Source: a virus
Reading direction: 5' to 3' (one strand)
DNA: 64,000 nucleotides
Virus record (IMG/VR): IMGVR_UViG_3300008952_000006
Coordinates: 96,001-160,000 of that record
The position numbers and the translations under genes were made by a program. The notes under the pieces are model-generated. The model saw only the letters and a program-made list of their open reading frames with translations. It was not told the origin of the DNA and searched no databases. Position 1 is the stretch's first letter, and each line of letters opens with the position of its first letter. This document shows, piece after piece, positions 25,382 through 36,700 of this stretch.

Positions 25382-28300
25382 AGCTAAGGTTGAGCCAATG
25401 ACTGGTTGGGCCAACTACCGGAAAGGCAGTCTCGTTGTGGTAACCAGTTCCAGTTCCAGCGCCGCCAGTGATAGCATCTATATAACCACCACCTACTTCG
25501 GAAGAGATAGCCTCATTTAACAAGCCCATAGCGGCGACATACCTTTCAGGACTGTCTGGGACTCCGGCCCAACCTGCACCGTTGAAAACGGTAAGCTGAG
25601 TCCAGTGGCTTCCGCCACCGAAGAAAAGAGGCTTGCCCCCTAGCTCACCAATCAAAGTCAGACCGCTATACCCTTCTGGTTGGCTAAACGCCCACGAAAG
25701 AGCTATCCCCGGTGGGCTCCAAGATACACCAAAGTCCTGTCCGCCGCGAGAGAGGTCTTCGCTATAATTCCCTGGAAGGTCGTGCTTCGTGTAGAAACCG
25801 TGCACCTCGCCAGCGGGGCCTGTCCACGACTCATCACCGTCTGTAGCGTACATGGAGTAGTTATTTCCAGTAAAGACGGCACCACCACCGCTGACCTTGG
25901 GCCTCGCGAGGCCTCCCTTAAATTGGTTAGCCGAGACAACAGCGTAAGCCCCACGAGCAGTAAAGGGCTGAATAATCCCCCCCTGATCCGTGCCCTGCTT
26001 ACCAATTGCAGCGCCAGTGTACGAAATATTACTTGTATAAATTATTCCGGTAGTAAACGCCCTAAACCACGTGATACCCCTGTAGAGGCCGCTTAAGTCA
26101 GCCAATTGGTCATAGTCTTCTAACCGGCCCTCATACCATTTATTGGCATAAACCATGTTCCCTGTGACGATTGGATTCTGGATGTCGGGATACTCCTCAG
26201 TTGAGTGATCCCAGAACGTACTCACAAGAGTATTGTTCGCTAGACGAAGGCTATCAATGTCTAAGGGTAGTAGATTTCCGTCTTCATGATGGGCGTTGTT
26301 GTAGAAGATGCTCCCACTCCAACCCTCCATCCATACGCCCTTCATAAGGCCCAGGTTCTCACCCCAGACACCTACGTTCTCGAAGTTTGCCGATAACTGC
26401 CCATCGTCGCCCGCCCGCTCAGGGAAGTAACCCCACTCAAACGGATCAACAAAGGGTCTCTGATCGGGCTGGTAGGGGATTGTAGAGTTATTCCCCGCTG
26501 CCCCGTTAGCCAAAGGCAACTGGTTGACGTTATAAGTAAACTTCTGATCGTACCCAGCACTGTCGTCAGGATCATACGCCCGTTCCCAAATAAGCTTATT
26601 GCCCTCGATAATGGCCCCAGTCATAAGTCCGAATAGTTCCATGTGGCCACCGTAGCCAAAGGTAAACCCGTGCCCACCATTCCAGTGCTCTCGACCATTC
26701 GCCATATCGTTATTTGTAATTCTTAAGCCTTGACAATCTTGCGCAACAATAAGGCGAACACCTTGGTTGCCATCAATTGTTGATTGGTGCGCCCTATTTA
26801 GGGCAATCATCGGTCCCCAGTGCTCCAACGGACTGTCGGTACTACTCGTGCTGTAGTTCTCCATCGCATTAGCAGCGACTCCGCTGTATGGGTCAACTAT
26901 CGCGTACGAATTCTTATTAGCGAACTGGTTGTTTTTTATCTGTGTGTGGGACCCTCCTGCTATCGCATTGGAGGTCAAGCCGATCCAGCCCGAAAAATCA
27001 ATGCGTCTGGTTACGCCAATCTTCCAGTGGTAGAGACCGTTACCGCTCATATCCGCACTGGTATTGGAACGTCCTGTGGGGCCGCCAAGCAGTTCATCAT
27101 ATACGGTTGCGTTATGGAAAATGCCGCCGACAGCTGTGTTGCCCGTGATGTCAAACATCCAACCAGCAGTCTTAATGACAGATCCTTGCATGTTATTACC
27201 GCTAATGGTGCAATTGTTGGGGCCGCCTATCAAGGGCTCACCCACGCCACCGTCAGGGCCGACCTCGTCATCTTTCTTGCCAAACCCTACCTGGATCCCA
27301 CCCTCTTCATTATTTATGGCTGCACCTACGTGGTTATCGCTTATGATGCAGTGCATCGGAGTGCCGCCAAAACGGATACGGCCCCCAGAATAAAGACCGT
27401 AACGACCGACAAACTGTGAGTTCCATGTACCAGCATTTGGGATCAGGGTGTGCGTTAGATCATTACCAGACACGGTCACGTTATGGTACATGGAGTACCC
27501 GCCGTGTGGGTCTATGTCAGACCCAACCATGATGTTTCCACCATTGGTCCGATTATTGGTGATACGCACATTGTTCAAGCCTTGGAAGGCTCCGCCGTAC
27601 CCATTGTAGTCTAAAATAATCGAACCACCCATCTTGGTAACGGGCAACATGAAATCATCAAACCACTTGTCATCCTTTTGGTGGAGCGCTGTATTGAGAG
27701 GATTAGCGGCAAAATTGTTATCACTAATAGTGTGTCCTGTAGAGTCTAAACCCTCACCGCTAAAGATAATATCTAGGCCGTTAAAATTATTCCCTTGGGT
27801 TACCCCGTCTATCGACTCGCATTGACCGGCAACAGCAGAGCCGGTACCCCCACCATCCGTAGTGAAAAAACGATACATGTAGTCGGGCCAAGCGCCCCAA
27901 ATATTATTTGTGACCCGGACGCGGGTGTTTGTTGTAGTTGGCGCATTACCCTGAGTTCCGATGAGCGGCTTGCAGGCAAAGACATTCCCATCAATGTTTA
28001 CATCGTGTAGGTCATACCCATGAACAGAATAGTCCGTGAACCGAAACCCATTCGGATAATGTTTTGCAGGGGCGGGGGTTGCGCCGCTGTTCTGCCGCTC
28101 AACGGCATCCTCTGTGTTGCCAGAAACTACTGACGCTGCAGCGTGGAACAACCTCAAGAAGCTATGACCTGCCACACAAGACGTTGAGTTGTCGGTAATT
28201 ATAATATTGTTACCTACGTCATCATCTAAAAAGTACATTGGGGCCCCGAAATGGTTCGGAGAAAGTATCCTACCAGCGCCCCAACAATCAATGACATGAT

Positions 28301-31300
28301 GAGGATACTCTTCCGAAGACGGGTTGGCTTGGTTCCAGTTTGGTCCATGATCTACACGGACAAACTTATTGCCTTTGATAAGAGTGTCTGCGCCAACAGT
28401 CTGAATGGCAGGCGCAGCACCATACCGGGTGATTAGGGCCATAGTGTCCTGCGGCTCCCACACATCTTTGTATGGTGCCGATTGTTCAATACGATCAACA
28501 GCCCACTCCTTAAACACACAGTCTGTAATGGTTATCCCGCCCCACTGCCTGCCTATGTTAATGGGTGCCCAGTCGCTGATAGAGTGCCAAATAATCCCCT
28601 GGCGGTACTGTTTAGTAAAAGTAGAGTTGGCAATAGTGCCAAAGCTAGGTTGGAGGCCATCCACACCTGCTGGCATCACGCCGCCAAAATAGGCGGGGAG
28701 GTTTGCGGGGAAGCCGTTTACCCAGCACTCCCTTGTGTACCACCAGTCTTGGTGGCGGGCGCAAACCCCTGTGAGGAACCCCTGCACCATGCAGTTATCA
28801 ACTTTAAAGTTAGCGCAGCCTGTCAAATGGATGGCATTAGAGAACTTATACTCGATACTATAATCAGGAGAGCCATCCAAATTGTCGCGAGACGATGCAA
28901 AACAGTCCTCAATAACCACATTAGTGTGGTACCCCGGCGAAGTGAGTCCAGAGCCATCTAGCCGGTCTGCAGAGACAGACTCTATCGTAACAAACGTATT
29001 TGATATATGGGTAGCAGAACAATCACGGATGGTGAGATTATCAAAATTAGGATAATCAACGTGGAAGAGAAAACCAGAACCGCCTGTTAAATGGACATTC
29101 TCAATCAAGATGTTTCTGCTAGAGTTAGAACGGAAGATGGTCTCTGGAAATGTATTCTCTGCCGCGTACCAAAAAGCCAAGCCAGGACGGTCGCCATCCT
29201 CTAAGGGCCCACCTGCTATGTAGTCCTCTGGTGTAGCCGTTCTATTGATAAATAGGTTACACCCAGGCATGTTTGCATACCACGTAGTTGGATCACCATA
29301 ATCGTAAGCAATATCCCTGTTTATTGCGATATTTTGTGCCGCAGTGAGGTTGCTGCCAAGCCACGTAAAAGAGAGGTCGCGAAAAACCAACCCACTCTTA
29401 CCGTTGAGATCGATAAGGTTTTGCTCCGGTGACCCCGAAGCGTCCGACCAGCCAGAGCCCCCACCTTCCCCAGTGCCAATGTCGGGATTTCCCCACATAA
29501 CTATAGGGTACTGGTTCGTATCGTCAGGTCTCGGGGCTTGGGCCCGCCCAATGACCGTAAGACCGTTTGCGGGAACCCTGAAGGGGTACGAGAGCCCTCT
29601 CTTTGCGGCGTCGGCCATCGTAAACCCTGCGACCCAATCACTGGGCCACTCGAACGTGTGGCTAATAACCTCAATGGTCCAGTAGCGCTGCAGGATCTCC
29701 ACATCATTTTTAATCACGCTGTCTCTTAGGGTTTCCCAAACCCCTATAGCGGCGAAGGCTTCGCCAAGGGTCTCGAAGTGCACAATCTGATTTGGGTAGT
29801 CTCCTGCAGCGGTTTGGCCAGCAGGAAAGGGATGGTAGTCGCCAGTTCTCCCGACGTAAATATTACCACGAGTGTCCTCTCTCGAAATCCGCTGACGGCA
29901 ATCAATGACGGTCTCAATCGTTGTCGCCGCAGCGTTGTAAACAACCTGACAGACAGGGACGGTCCATGGGTTATCCCAAATGTTCCATCCAGCGGGAACA
30001 GCGCCCAGGGCGGCGACGTCCATAAGGCGGTATCTCCCTACGTAGTCTCCTGTGCCGTCGTTATTATCAAAATGGAAGAACAAAATGTAAGTACCAGATG
30101 CGACCAATTCGTTACCAAGGCTTAGTCTTGTCTCTGGTTGGTAGATCTTTGCGCCGCCCTTAACAAACCACGCCTCACCAATATCTATATCATCTGTGCC
30201 CTGAGCAACTCCGCCGCCATAAGTGGTGCCGAAGCGGTCTTGGTCTTTCTCGGACCAGGAGATATGAGCGCCGTGCAGAATCCCGTTTGAGAGCGCACCA
30301 AAGTTGCTTGCTGCCTGACCGGTGCCGCTGTAATCTGTCCCCGTGTTGATGGGGTCACCGGGAATGTAAGAGCCTAACTTGAGTGCCTCAAGGGCCTCCA
30401 TTAAGGCAGGCTGCCTATCGACGGAGCTATTAAATGTATTTAGTTCCTTGGGCATTCCTCGGTAATCAAACGCCCGAGCATTGGCGTAATTTGTATTGAA
30501 CCCGTAGCTATAACCATTAGGCGCTTTGGCGGAGTCCACCCATTTTTGGTGGTCGTCATAGCCAGTGAGGGGAATACCACAGTGGTCCCCAACCATCTGA
30601 AAGTCGGACTTCCAGGACCACGCGTTTGTATTCTCATCGAAGAAAGTGAGGGGCTTCTGCTCTGTCGCAGGCACGGCATTGATGCGCTGATCGTAAGATG
30701 ACCGCCCCCATTCCAAGCTGATCCGGGTCAGCATGTATGCGCCCGTGGCCCGGTCAAAACCATCAATCAGGCGAATAGATCTCTCAGGAACAGCGTCTGA
30801 ATGAAACTGGAAAAGTTTCTGGTCCCCTGTAATGTCTTCCTGAAAAAACACAGTGATTGGGCGTTCGTTGTCTGTGTAGCCAATCTCGTTTCCTGTGCCC
30901 TCTGCGCCGCGCTGATATTGATTAGCCGCGTAATCATTATGATAAACAGCGTTTAAACCATCTGTTGGCGTGAAGGTATTGGTCTTACCCTCGCTCAAGT
31001 TTCCGCTTAGGATGAGCGCCACCTTGTACTCGTTAACCCCCGCATTTAAGGAAACGGTTGATAGGTAGCCATTGGCGTTAAGGTTTCCTAGGGTTTCGTC
31101 AACAATTAACTGGTTGTCATCAATAAAGGTCCGATCCCTATTTGCGCCAGATAACTCAGGTAGGACATGACTAAGAACAACGTAATTACCGCTTACGCTA
31201 ACAATTAGTCCCATCGCGTCCGCGTTCGACCCAGGCCCTGTCTTTTCAAGGAATATCTGCTGACCTATCGAAAGGCCCTCGCCGCCAAATTGGTTGTCAC

Positions 31301-33062
31301 AGGCATCCTCAAAAGATACACCTGTTGCAGTTGTTTCCTCCATTTCAAGGTAATAAATGTCGTTCCCTAGGATCATCTTTGTAGCGTTGAAACCAGCAGC
31401 GTACTGCGAATCCCACCCAAGTGGTGTATACCCGCCACCGCCCCTTGGGACCCACTGGTCGTACCCACCCCTAACATGGCGAGCAAAGTCCGTAATCGCC
31501 CGCATGTCTGCGTAGTTGATAACCATTTCGGCTGCTGGGTCTTCGTAACTGCCTCTGCTGGCAGACGCGCCGCTGCCTCGAAGCTGCTCCCCCACTGTTG
31601 TAAGGGTGCTGCAGTAAGCATAGTAATCCCCTTTTACGGGTTGGTTGCCGTCTTCAAACACCAAGGTGGGGCTAAGAAGGAACCCGAGCGGGTTACAGGG
31701 TCTTGCGATACCCTGCTGCTTACCCTGCCAGAAGTGTAGGGGGGCGCTTGGGGCAATGACGTTGAGGACCTCCGCGTAGCCAAACCCGCCATTATCGCAC
31801 CATAAGTTTGTTCCAATAGGCAGACTCCAGTTAGAATCCGCGTCTGCTTCTGGGTCGGGCAGTCCGACATTTCCATAAATTCTTCTACCACTACTCTGGT
31901 AACCGGTACTTGCGGTCTTTTGCCCGCTAAAGTCTTCGCTGGCACCAGCCACGGATAAGTATAAATCGCCGGGGGTTACGCCCCCGATGTGTTCTGGAAG
32001 ATCGGGTCGCTCAAGAATATGCACAACGTGTGCATAATTTGGCGCGTCCCCGGCAATCGCGGCAACGCTATCGTGGTTCGGGTAGTGTCGCCAGAGAACA
32101 AGCGCGCCCTCTACAAACTGACCAGGATCAGCCACGGTAACCCTTGTCAGGTTCCCCCGCGTCAGGACCGCCTTGTCTCCTGTGCCAGAAGCCGCAACAT
32201 CATCACTATGTTGGATAGACGCAATCTGGTACAAGCCATTATTTGTTTGGCCGTGGACAATATCGTGTTGCCCATCATTTACAATTTTGAGGTAGCAACC
32301 AGGACGAAGACAGTAATCAGAAAAGCCTTTATTAGAAGATCGGATCACGATCCCGTCAGACTCCCATTTGTAGATTGTGATCGACTTCCCACTACCAAAA
32401 TAGGGTGCTGCATCAGACTCAATCTCAGAAATAAACGGGATAAAATTGGGGATACTGTGGAGGTCGTCACCATCGTACGTAGTCCCTGCGGGGAAATAAG
32501 AATCAACTGCTGCTGCGTTCTTGGTTCTCACCGACGAAGGGGAAATGGTTAATCTCTGGTCGAGATGGGCTCTATCACCGTCTACTGTAGCGCCGGTAGA
32601 AAGATCATTAGGGTAAATAGACGACCTGTAGAGCCGGATAAGGGAAGACAGCTCTGATTCGTGGAGACCAACATATACCCAGGTAGGGGGCGCATTAACA
32701 TGGGCCAGATCAATAGCGGTAGCGCCGGTTGTAACACCACTGGGGTTTGTTGACCATTCCACGCTAAGCGTTGGAAATCCCGTGACAGAGGTCGCGGAGT
32801 CCGTAGAGCGCCTGCTGGGGGAAAGAACTTCACGCCGCAACGCAGGAGCGTCAAGGGCCCCCTTAATGGAGTCAATATTCGAAGACAGGGCACCAAAAGC
32901 GCGGTTAAAGGCTTCGCTGGTCGCGTTCTCGCCGTAAGCCATAAACTTGGTTGCAGGGGCCTGTGGATTGAAAGGTGTGGCTGTGTTCGGAGGCGCTGTG
33001 GTGTCGAGAGCGTCAAAGGCAGAAGTCAGTCCCGCTAGCTTTCCAAAATATTTATATGACAT
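25380..33062 (-). CDS. Very large tail fibre/spike protein with parallel beta-helix repeats (2560 aa)
   Basis: C-terminal half has repeated I(S/T)xN-type motifs (NLTIRDC, NVVIEDC, HTISDNN, NVRITNN, NCTISGNN, STIDGN); terminal gene of the tail module. Confidence 0.75.
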   Translation of the reverse strand: MSYKYFGKLAGLTSAFDALDTTAPPNTATPFNPQAPATKFMAYGENATSEAFNRAFGALSSNIDSIKGALDAPALRREVLSPSRRSTDSATSVTGFPTLSVEWSTNPSGVTTGATAIDLAHVNAPPTWVYVGLHESELSSLIRLYRSSIYPNDLSTGATVDGDRAHLDQRLTISPSSVRTKNAAAVDSYFPAGTTYDGDDLHSIPNFIPFISEIESDAAPYFGSGKSITIYKWESDGIVIRSSNKGFSDYCLRPGCYLKIVNDGQHDIVHGQTNNGLYQIASIQHSDDVAASGTGDKAVLTRGNLTRVTVADPGQFVEGALVLWRHYPNHDSVAAIAGDAPNYAHVVHILERPDLPEHIGGVTPGDLYLSVAGASEDFSGQKTASTGYQSSGRRIYGNVGLPDPEADADSNWSLPIGTNLWCDNGGFGYAEVLNVIAPSAPLHFWQGKQQGIARPCNPLGFLLSPTLVFEDGNQPVKGDYYAYCSTLTTVGEQLRGSGASASRGSYEDPAAEMVINYADMRAITDFARHVRGGYDQWVPRGGGGYTPLGWDSQYAAGFNATKMILGNDIYYLEMEETTATGVSFEDACDNQFGGEGLSIGQQIFLEKTGPGSNADAMGLIVSVSGNYVVLSHVLPELSGANRDRTFIDDNQLIVDETLGNLNANGYLSTVSLNAGVNEYKVALILSGNLSEGKTNTFTPTDGLNAVYHNDYAANQYQRGAEGTGNEIGYTDNERPITVFFQEDITGDQKLFQFHSDAVPERSIRLIDGFDRATGAYMLTRISLEWGRSSYDQRINAVPATEQKPLTFFDENTNAWSWKSDFQMVGDHCGIPLTGYDDHQKWVDSAKAPNGYSYGFNTNYANARAFDYRGMPKELNTFNSSVDRQPALMEALEALKLGSYIPGDPINTGTDYSGTGQAASNFGALSNGILHGAHISWSEKDQDRFGTTYGGGVAQGTDDIDIGEAWFVKGGAKIYQPETRLSLGNELVASGTYILFFHFDNNDGTGDYVGRYRLMDVAALGAVPAGWNIWDNPWTVPVCQVVYNAAATTIETVIDCRQRISREDTRGNIYVGRTGDYHPFPAGQTAAGDYPNQIVHFETLGEAFAAIGVWETLRDSVIKNDVEILQRYWTIEVISHTFEWPSDWVAGFTMADAAKRGLSYPFRVPANGLTVIGRAQAPRPDDTNQYPIVMWGNPDIGTGEGGGSGWSDASGSPEQNLIDLNGKSGLVFRDLSFTWLGSNLTAAQNIAINRDIAYDYGDPTTWYANMPGCNLFINRTATPEDYIAGGPLEDGDRPGLAFWYAAENTFPETIFRSNSSRNILIENVHLTGGSGFLFHVDYPNFDNLTIRDCSATHISNTFVTIESVSADRLDGSGLTSPGYHTNVVIEDCFASSRDNLDGSPDYSIEYKFSNAIHLTGCANFKVDNCMVQGFLTGVCARHQDWWYTRECWVNGFPANLPAYFGGVMPAGVDGLQPSFGTIANSTFTKQYRQGIIWHSISDWAPINIGRQWGGITITDCVFKEWAVDRIEQSAPYKDVWEPQDTMALITRYGAAPAIQTVGADTLIKGNKFVRVDHGPNWNQANPSSEEYPHHVIDCWGAGRILSPNHFGAPMYFLDDDVGNNIIITDNSTSCVAGHSFLRLFHAAASVVSGNTEDAVERQNSGATPAPAKHYPNGFRFTDYSVHGYDLHDVNIDGNVFACKPLIGTQGNAPTTTNTRVRVTNNIWGAWPDYMYRFFTTDGGGTGSAVAGQCESIDGVTQGNNFNGLDIIFSGEGLDSTGHTISDNNFAANPLNTALHQKDDKWFDDFMLPVTKMGGSIILDYNGYGGAFQGLNNVRITNNRTNGGNIMVGSDIDPHGGYSMYHNVTVSGNDLTHTLIPNAGTWNSQFVGRYGLYSGGRIRFGGTPMHCIISDNHVGAAINNEEGGIQVGFGKKDDEVGPDGGVGEPLIGGPNNCTISGNNMQGSVIKTAGWMFDITGNTAVGGIFHNATVYDELLGGPTGRSNTSADMSGNGLYHWKIGVTRRIDFSGWIGLTSNAIAGGSHTQIKNNQFANKNSYAIVDPYSGVAANAMENYSTSSTDSPLEHWGPMIALNRAHQSTIDGNQGVRLIVAQDCQGLRITNNDMANGREHWNGGHGFTFGYGGHMELFGLMTGAIIEGNKLIWERAYDPDDSAGYDQKFTYNVNQLPLANGAAGNNSTIPYQPDQRPFVDPFEWGYFPERAGDDGQLSANFENVGVWGENLGLMKGVWMEGWSGSIFYNNAHHEDGNLLPLDIDSLRLANNTLVSTFWDHSTEEYPDIQNPIVTGNMVYANKWYEGRLEDYDQLADLSGLYRGITWFRAFTTGIIYTSNISYTGAAIGKQGTDQGGIIQPFTARGAYAVVSANQFKGGLARPKVSGGGAVFTGNNYSMYATDGDESWTGPAGEVHGFYTKHDLPGNYSEDLSRGGQDFGVSWSPPGIALSWAFSQPEGYSGLTLIGELGGKPLFFGGGSHWTQLTVFNGAGWAGVPDSPERYVAAMGLLNEAISSEVGGGYIDAITGGAGTGTGYHNETAFPVVGPTSHWLNLS

Positions 33063-33074
33063 TCGTAAACCTCT

Positions 33075-33731
33075 CTAGAACCGCAGTTCCCATTCAACTC
33101 TAAGAATAACATTAGGAGTGACCACAATAGGATCAAAAATATTATAAGCAACTAGGTGGTTAGGTTGCGCAGGATCTGCTTCACCCGGAATAGCAGGGGC
33201 TGCCTCATGAGTAAAAGTGGGATTAGCGTCTGTTAAATACAAACCAGCCTCAGAAATAGGAACGGAGGTCCCTACCTCAACATTCGAAACTCTAGTAATA
33301 CTGCCAGTAAAAGATAACTCAGTTTCAGAAATATCCACAATGAATCGTGTTCTAAAATCGCCTGGGAAGTAAATACTATTATTAGACTGGTTATCCACCT
33401 GCTTCAAATAAAAACGTTCAGCACCAGAAATCTGTAAAGGTACGGGGTCTTGGAGGGCTGTTACAGTAACTAGCTCTGTCTGACCTGTGGCAAACAAAGT
33501 ATTAGTCTGTAATGCGCCGCCGCAGCCAAAACCCATGTAGCCAATCTTAGACGTTACGTGGGGGCTGGGCGGGTCCGTGGAGTAGTCATCCGACCCAACA
33601 AGCCTAGAGAGCCACTGCCGCCCGACATTGGTGACAACATTGTGCCCAAAACGTTGGTCTACGAGTTTTTTATCTTTATAGACGCCAATAACAATATTAA
33701 TTGTCGGGTCTAGTTTGTCTAATAGGCGCAT
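33075..33731 (-). CDS. Tail-fibre attachment/collar-type baseplate protein
   Basis: HNVVTNVGR, IGYMGFGCG, ISEAGLY, LVAY..FDPI..T...LRVEWELRF pattern; SD AGGAG. Confidence 0.65.
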   Translation of the reverse strand: MRLLDKLDPTINIVIGVYKDKKLVDQRFGHNVVTNVGRQWLSRLVGSDDYSTDPPSPHVTSKIGYMGFGCGGALQTNTLFATGQTELVTVTALQDPVPLQISGAERFYLKQVDNQSNNSIYFPGDFRTRFIVDISETELSFTGSITRVSNVEVGTSVPISEAGLYLTDANPTFTHEAAPAIPGEADPAQPNHLVAYNIFDPIVVTPNVILRVEWELRF

Positions 33732-33766
33732 AATGTTGTCTCCTAACTTTTCCTTAAAAATTGTGT

Positions 33767-36700
33767 CTAGGGCAAGGATCCGTGACCTCGTACATAGGCG
33801 TAGATAAACACTTGATAGGGACCACCAAGACTGGCGGCCACAAATGGCCCTGTGCTTAAAACAATGTCTACTGGATTCCCTGCGCCGATAAGACCATGTG
33901 CAAACTCTATACCACGGCAGCGATGGTGTGTATTAAGTGCATAGTTGTCGTCCGTAAGATTATTCGCAGAGGCCCTAACTTGGCTTCCCTTCATGAGCAC
34001 CCCGTGAGGACTCAAGTCCATACCAGCTGGCCACCCAGATGGCGCGGTACCGTTATAGGGACTCATTGGCCGCAAAATTGAAGAGTTAATCACATGACCG
34101 CCGATAGACATATTGAATAGCTGTATGTCTATTCCGTGCCCTGCGGTCCCTACTGGCGTTGCGGCGTGGAGGGGCTGTTGGGTGTTGGAGTCGATGTTCC
34201 AGACCATCACGTCATAGATTTGTATGGTGTCTTGTGGGACCCAAGTATAGATCATAGTGGTCGGGTTTACCGCGTCCATGGAGTACGCATCAAATTCAAC
34301 TATATAGAGGGCCGGGACTGTCGGGTGACCTGACTGCGCATTGATGGCCGCTGTCCCCGATGCCCTCGAAGGGCCCACAAATCCCGCCGTATCAGCATGA
34401 ATAACCCCGCGAGTGGTGGTATTTGCCCAGTGAGTAGCTAGTACGATACTCCCACCACTCCCGTCATCAGCCATGCCTGTCTGCAGAGTAATATCGCCAG
34501 AACGACTGCCTCCGGTGCCGCCGCTGGAGGCACTAGCACGACCTGTGGTTAGGGTTATGCTTCCCGTATTTCCTGCAGCCTGTCCTCCTGTGGCGTCTGT
34601 CTGCCCCGTCTCTAAAGCGATATCGCCAGACTTTGTTTGGTTCCCGCCGCCACCATCCACAAGAGTATCACCGGTAGTAACCTCGAAATTTGGGGTTCGG
34701 GTCGTGATGGTGACAAGAGGGTCCGAGTCGCTGGTCTGTATCTTAAACGCTGAGGCGGCACTCGCGGCATTATTTTCGAATAGGGTGTGAGGTATAGAGG
34801 CCGATACATCGGTACCGAAGTAAAGGTCATCATAGGCATTAATCCGAACGTCCCCGTCTATGGTGATCCCCTTGTTTGGAGCAGTAGGTGACGTCCAGCC
34901 AGTTATCGTCGCAGATTCGGTAGGCCCGCCACCGCCAACACGCTCGAAACTGAGAACGTCACCAAACTCAATAAGGGGGGATTGCCCATTTGTCGCCGCG
35001 TCAACCGATAACGTACTAGACCACGACGGTGTAGACCCACCCGCAGGAGCAGCCCATTGGGCAGTTCCGCTCACGTCTATAGATGTTAAAACATGGCCGA
35101 TAGTCCCAGCAGTATTCGTTAGTTTAAAGGCTGTGTCAGATTGGATGGTGTTCGCAGCCGTTAGTCTGCCAGAAACCTCAACAGTGCCGAGCGCCCCTGT
35201 ATCAAGAGAGATATCTCCACGAGTACCCGAAGCTGTTCCAGTCTCAATGGTGACCCCGCCCGAGTCGCCCCCACTTGCATTACCAGTCTTGATAACTAAT
35301 TCGCCCGAGTCGCCAGACGTTATTGAGTTACCTGTGTTTATTAGGACTTCACCCGAGTCACCGGCAGCATTGGAGGAGCCTGTAGAGAAGAATAACGCTC
35401 CTGTATTCGCCGCCGTAGGCGTCTTAATCCTTATAAAGCCCGACCCCGATGAGGTTATGTCGTGTCCGTTAACAACTAGATTCCCGCCAAGAAAAGGGGT
35501 CGCGTCATCCACAACAGCCGTTAGATAACCAGCTGCCCCGTGGTCTCCCCAACCAAAAGCATTATCCCAGTTAGTAATATCGGCAGTTGTGATGCCAAAT
35601 GAATCAGATGCGGTAAAGATAGGGTCGGTCTCAGCGCCAATGGAGGGGGCCGCCCATACCCCATCACCATTAACGGTACCCGCTGTAAGCACATAACCGG
35701 GGGTTGTTGGGGTGCCGATACCGACACGGAGGGTGTTTGTACGCAGACCGACGATAGTCATATTGCCCGTGTTTGTGCACCGAGCATTGCTCCCCGTATC
35801 TTGGATTAACTTCCCTGTTGTGCCGTCAAAGCGCGCTAACGAATCATTGACGCTAGACGCGGGACCAACAACGTCCCCTGTTCCCCCGCCAATAAGGACT
35901 GGCGCGCCACTGGACGCAGGGATGTAGTAAAGATTATTGTCAGCACTAGAGACAAATATCGCGCCTTCATTTGCGCCAGTGGGAACATTCCCCGCTGTGG
36001 TCTCGGTAAAAATCACCCCCGTTGGGTCAAGATTACCAGTAATATCTACGTCCCCGTGGAACGTGGCAACCTTGCCAGCGCTTGGGGAGCCTGCGCCAAA
36101 GGACGCTTCAAGATTTCCGGCCCCGTCATCCGTTAAGACAACCCCTTCCGCAGAAGAGACGGTCCCAGGATAGAAGTGTATGTCCTCACCGCCGGGTGTG
36201 CTGAAACCTACACGACTACCAGCGGCTTGTGACAACCTGACGAGACTGTCTTGGACAATGTGCGTGTTATTACCGTCCCACCGAACAAGATGCTCGTCCG
36301 TGCTGTCCCCCGAACTGTGTACTACGCCCGCGATGTGGGTAGAGCCGTGAAACCAGATAGAGCCTGGATTTGTGTCGGTGTCTGTCCCGGTGGACGCAAC
36401 AACTCCGACAATTCTCTTGTTTGCTAAGGGGCCCGCGTCTGTGGTTAGCGCGTTCCCAACACCAACGTAAACCAAGTCGCCCATAGACGCTGCACCGCCA
36501 CCATTTAGCGTGGTGGTGTCAACAGGTATTAGGCCCTCCACCAACAAGTAGCTTCGGTCGCCGTCAGCGATCTGGTCATGCAGAGCTAAAAAGATAGGGC
36601 CTGTTGTTACAGAAGCATCACCATCTCCGATCAACTTAAATTGTACAACAAAGTTCTGATAATCCTCTGCACTAGCCGTAGCGTTTTTCCAGGTATCCAG

